The notes under the pieces are model-generated. The model saw only the letters and a program-made list of their open reading frames with translations, did no database searches and was not told where the DNA came from. This document shows positions 59,180 to 64,000 of a DNA stretch of 64,000 nt, piece after piece (positions within the stretch are counted from its first letter, which is position 1; every line of letters begins with the position of its first letter). Origin of the DNA: Heterodontus francisci (Eukaryota); contig NC_090387.1 of the NCBI RefSeq assembly GCF_036365525.1, positions 19,994,173-20,058,172 on the forward strand, given 5' to 3'. A program made the translations under genes and the position numbers.

Positions 59180-60535
59180 GTAACATCAGTGGTAGGACAG
59201 GATTAATCTCCACTTGGAGAGGAAGGGATTAATCAAGGATAGTCAGTATGGCTTTGTCAGGGGGAGATCATGTCTAACAAACTTGATTGAATTTTTCAGG
59301 GAGGTGACTAGATGTGCAGATGAGGGTAAAGCAGTTGATGTAGTCTACATGGACTTCAGGAAGGCTTTTGATAAGGTCTCGCATGGGAGATTGGTTAAGA
59401 AGGTAAGAGCCCATGGGATCCAGGGCAATTTGGCAAATTGGATCCAAAATTGGCTTAGTGGCAGGAGGCAGAGGGTGATGGTCGAGGGTTGTTTTTGCGA
59501 TTGGAAGTCTGTGACCAGTGTTGTACCACAAGGATTGGTGTTGGGACCCTTGCTGGTTGTAGTGTACCTTAATGATTTAGATGTGAATATAGGAGGTATG
59601 ATCAGTAAGTTCGCAGATGGCATGAAAATTGGTGGTGTCATAAATAGTGAGGAGGAAAGCCTTAGATTACAGGACGATATAGATGGGCTGGTAAGATGGG
59701 CGGAGCAGTGGCAAATGGAATTTAATCCTGAGAAGTGTGAGATGATGCATTTTGGGAGGACTAACAAGGCAAGGGAATATACAATGGCTGGTAGGACCCT
59801 AGCAAGTACTGAGGGTCAGAGGGACCTTGGTGTACTTGTCCATAGATCACTGAAGGCAGCAGCACAGGTAGATAAGGTGGTTAGGAAGGCATATGGGATA
59901 CTTGCCTTTATTAGCCGAGGCATAGAATATAAGAGCAGGGAGGTTATGATGGAGTTGTATAAAATGCTAGTTAGGCCACAGCTGGAGCACTGTGTACAGT
60001 TCTGGTCACCACACTATAGGAAGGATGTGATTGCCCTTAAGAGTGTGCAGAGCAGATTCACCAGGATGTTGCCTGGGCTGGAGCATTTCAATTAGGAAGC
60101 GAGGCTGGATAGGCTAGGGTTGTTTTCATTAGAGCGGAGAAGGCTGAGGGGGGACCTGATTGAGGTATACAAAATTATGAGGGGCATCGATAGGGTAGAT
60201 AGAAAGAAACTTTTTCCCTCAGCGGAGGTGTCAATAACCAGCGAGCATAAATTTAAGGTAAGGGGCAGGAGGTTTAGAGGGGATTTGAGGGAAAAAAATT
60301 TCACTCAGAGGATGGTTTGAATCTGGAACACACTGCCTGAAGGGGTGGTAGAGGCAGGAAACCTCACAACATTTAAGAAGTATTTAGATGAGCACTTGAA
60401 CAGCCATAGCATACAAGGCTACGGGCCAAGTGCTGGAAAATAGGATTAGAATAGATAAGTGCTTGATGGCCAGCACAGACACGATGGGCCAAAGGGCCTG
60501 GTTCTGTGCTGTATAACTCTATGACTTTATGATTC
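59180..60535 (+). mobile_element. CR1 (HER1-like), 5'-truncated
   Basis: 293-aa RT ORF (YMDFRKAFDKV, FADG); 3' tail GGGCCAAAGGGCCTGGTTCTGTGCTGTATAACTCTATGAC is shared with the V-SINE. Confidence 0.94.
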
Positions 60536-61673
60536 AGTACATAGACATTGGACTTCGATCATTATCCCCGAATGTTTTTCAAAAATCTCTAAACACTAAA
60601 AGAATCCTTAACACTTCAAACTCAATGAATGTAAAGGCATGCTCAATGGATTAATGTGAGGGGCCTGGAGATCCTTTAACTACAGTTAAAGTACTACAGC
60701 AAGCTACTGAGGCTGGCACCTTATCAGTGGGCAATATACTAGGTTCACCCTGGTCCCAACATCACCATCAGAAGAGGAGTCCAAATGGAATTCAGTCATG
60801 TCTCAGGTTACAAAAAGCCAATAAACATCGACTATTGGTTGTGCCTATTCCAAATCTAATTAGAAATGCAGGAAAATATGGAGTGAGTTATCAATGTTGA
60901 GATTCGTGTCCTAGATGGTGAAATTTATGATGTTTGCACCGACCTTGTCATTGTAGGAAATATGGACCATGATTTCAATGAGAGTTTCCTGTCCCTAAGT
61001 CCCAACTAACTGGAAATGTGCATGTCATGCATTATGGATGGCGATCAGGTGGAAGCAATCTCCACCCCTACTTCCGGTCCCTTCTTCGCTGCAGCCATCA
61101 AAGGAGTGCGTGTGAGTCAAAATTCCGATAGGCGTTGTTTTAGGCAATGGGTGTACATCCATGGACAAACATTTCAGCAGCTGGCCAAGAGAATGCTGTT
61201 CGCATCCTGTTTAATTGAAACTAAAACTTATTGCCGACCTGTGGGAATGAACTGATGTCAAAGCTGACCTTTTGAATTATGCAAGTACTAGTGGTTTCCC
61301 TGGGGATGAATTGAAAGCCTACTATGCATTGCGCTCAATTTTCTTTGCAAACAGGCTGCCAATTCACTATCACCCATTAGCGCCAAGGACCAATTTCACC
61401 CGCACAGTATCGTCTCTGTCTCCAAGCCTGTTTCAATGTTGTGGCAGTGAGAGGGACTCTATGGAGCTAAGCACCATATAGTGTTTACCAGAAATTCTGT
61501 TAGAAGTTCGTGAAAAAGAACACCAAAGTTGTGGACTCAGTATTTTATTTCTGTGCAGTTTACCTATTTTGTAGGTTGAATACAGTGTTGCTGATTACAC
61601 GTGGCCGTCTTTATTCATCTGTGTAAGCATATTTCTTGTAAATTGACCTTATTACTAGTTTTAGCCTGAACAG

Positions 61674-62343
61674 CATCCTAGGGGCTACCATTGACCAGAA
61701 ACTGAACTGGAGTAGCCATATAAATACCGTGGCTACAAGAGCAGGTCAGAGGCTAGGAATCCTGAGGCGAGTAACTCACCTCCTGACTCCCCAAAGCCTG
61801 TCCACCATCTACAAGGCACAAGTCAGGAGTGTGATGGAATACTCTCCACTTGCCTGGATGGGTGCAGCTTCAACAACACTCAAGAAGCTCAACACCATCC
61901 AGGACAAAGCAGCCCACGTACTTGGCACCCCATCCCCAAACATTTACTCCCTCCACCACCGACACACAATGGCAGCAGTGTGTACCGTCTACAAGATGCA
62001 CTGCAGCAATGCACCAAGGCTCCTGAGACAGCATCTTCCAAACCCGCGACCTCTACCAACTAGAAGGACAAGGGCAGCAAATGCATGGGAACACCACCAC
62101 CTGCAGGTTCCCCTCCAAGTCACACACCATCCTGACTTGGAACTATATCGCCATTCCTTCACTGTCGCTGGGTCAAAATCCTGGAACTCCCTTCCTAACA
62201 GCACTGTGGGTATACCTACCCCAAATGGACTGCAGTGGTTCAAGAAGGCAGCTCACCACCACCTTCTCAAGGGCAATTAGGGATGGGCAATAAATGCTGG
62301 ACTGGCCAGCGACGCCCACATCCCATGAATGAATAAAAAAAAA
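61674..62343 (+). mobile_element. LINE family A 3' fragment
   Basis: ORF 61729-62280 and CCCACATCCCATGAATGAATAAAAAAAAA tail. Confidence 0.94.
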
Positions 62344-62423
62344 GGTTGACAGTGTTGTGTTTTCCATTTTTGGAGTGAACAGAAGTTTATGGTGTGATTA
62401 GAATGGCAATTATGCTACCCACT

Positions 62424-64000
62424 CAACAACAACAACAACTTGTATTTACGTAGCACCTTTAACAGAATAAAATGTCCCAAGGCGATTCACAGAGGTGTTA
62501 TAAGACAAAATAAGACACCAAGCTTCATAAGGAGATATTAAAGCAGATGAACAAAAGCTTGGTCAAAGAGGTAGGTTTTAAGGAACGTCTTAAAGGAGGA
62601 AAATGAGGTAGAGAGACGGAGAAGTTTAGGGAGTGAATTCCAGAGCTTAGGGCCTAGGCAACTGAAGGCAAGGCCACCAACTGGGGAGCAATTAAAATTG
62701 GGGATGCACAAGAAGTTGGAATTAGAGGAGCACAGATATCTCGAAGGGTGGTAGGGCTGGAGGAGATTACAGAGAAAGGGAGGGGCCAGACCATGGAGGG
62801 ATTTGAAAACAAAGATGAGAATTTTAAAATCGAGGCATTGCTTAACTGGGAGCACAGGAGTGATGGCTGAACAGGATTTGGTGCGGGTTAGAACATAGGC
62901 AGCAGAGTTTTGGATGGCCTATAATTTACAGGAAACTGGTCAGGATTGCATTAAAATAATCAAGTCTTGTGGTAACAAAGGCATGGATGAACGTTTCAGC
63001 AGCAGAAGAGCTGAGGCAGGGGTGGAGATGGGCAATGTTACAGAGGTGGAAATAGGTGGTCTTAGAGATGGTGCGGCTATATGGCTGAAAGCTCATCTTG
63101 GGGTCAAATGTGACGCAGAAGTTGTGAACACTCTGGTTCAGCCTCAGACAGTTGCCAAGGATTGGGATGGAGTTTCTGATGGGGACTGATGACAATGACT
63201 TCAGTCTTCCCAATATATAATTGGAGGAAATTTCTGCTCATCAAGTCGACTGGATGTCAGATTTGCAGTGTGATACAGTGGAGGACTCGAGAGAGGTGTT
63301 GGTGAGGTAAAGCTGAGTGTCGTCAGCATACTTGTGGAAACTTACATGTTTTCGGATGATGTCGCTGAAGTGCAGTATGGTGATGAGAAATAGGAGGGGG
63401 CCAAGAATAGATACTTGAGGGACACCAGAGTTAACGGTGCGGGAATGGGAAGAGAAGCCATTGAAGGTGATTTTCTCACTGTGATTCGATGGATAAGTAT
63501 GGAACTAGGTGAGTGCAGTCCCACCCAGCAGGAGTACGGTGGAAAGGCATTGGAGGAGGATGGTGTGACCAACTGTGTCAAAGGCTTCAGACAGGTTGAG
63601 AAGGATGAGGAGAAATAGTTTGCCTTCGTTACAGTCACGTAGGATGTTGTTTGTAACTTTGTTTTTTTTTGACAAGAGTGATGATGGCAGATTTAAAGGA
63701 GAGAGGGAGAACACATGAAGGGAGAGAACCATTAATAGTGTCAGCTAACATGCAGACTAGGTGGGGAAGTTGGGTGGTCAGCTGTTTATTGGGAATAGGG
63801 TTGTGAGAGCAAGAGAGGGTCTCATGAAAGATGAGCTCGGAGAGGGCATGAGGGGAGATAGGAGAGAAACTGAAGAAAGGTACAAGTTCAGGGCTAGGTT
63901 GGGGAGAGGCTATGCAAGTGGGATGGTGAGCTGGGAAGTGGCAGAAGCAGCTGATCGGATGGTCTCTATCTTGGTGACAAAGAAATCTCGGAAACTGAAT
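62424..64000 (-). mobile_element. L2-clade LINE, RT to 3' end (continues beyond the window)
   Basis: LILLNLSEAFDTVGHTILL, FIHAFVTTRLDY, FKILIFVFKSLHGLAP, PKLWNSLP and FKTFLKTYLF; (CAA)n tail at 62424. Confidence 0.92.

Overview
Eukaryotic vertebrate DNA, most likely from a shark or other cartilaginous fish (inferred from HE1-like V-SINEs, Deu-domain SINEs and dense CR1-group LINEs). I could not recognise any host protein-coding exon, so the window appears intergenic or deep intronic. Most ORFs in the track are decayed transposon frames or their antisense shadows. Contents: two CR1-group LINE lineages, L2, Penelope fragments (one with a degenerate minimal hammerhead ribozyme), solo LTRs with readable target-site duplications (TSDs), two decayed two-gene PIF/Harbinger transposons (DDE transposase plus a spliced Myb/SANT gene), Harbinger-derived MITEs, a hAT/Buster deletion derivative and a Helitron helicase fragment. 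The most notable structures are two multi-layer nests of insertions (17.6-26.5 kb and 29.8-37.4 kb) and a young 1.87-kb Harbinger derivative with perfect terminal inverted repeats (TIRs) carrying a Penelope-derived hairpin and a minisatellite. I see no convincing evidence of a new multi-gene system. All coordinates were read by eye, and ends without TSD support are approximate.
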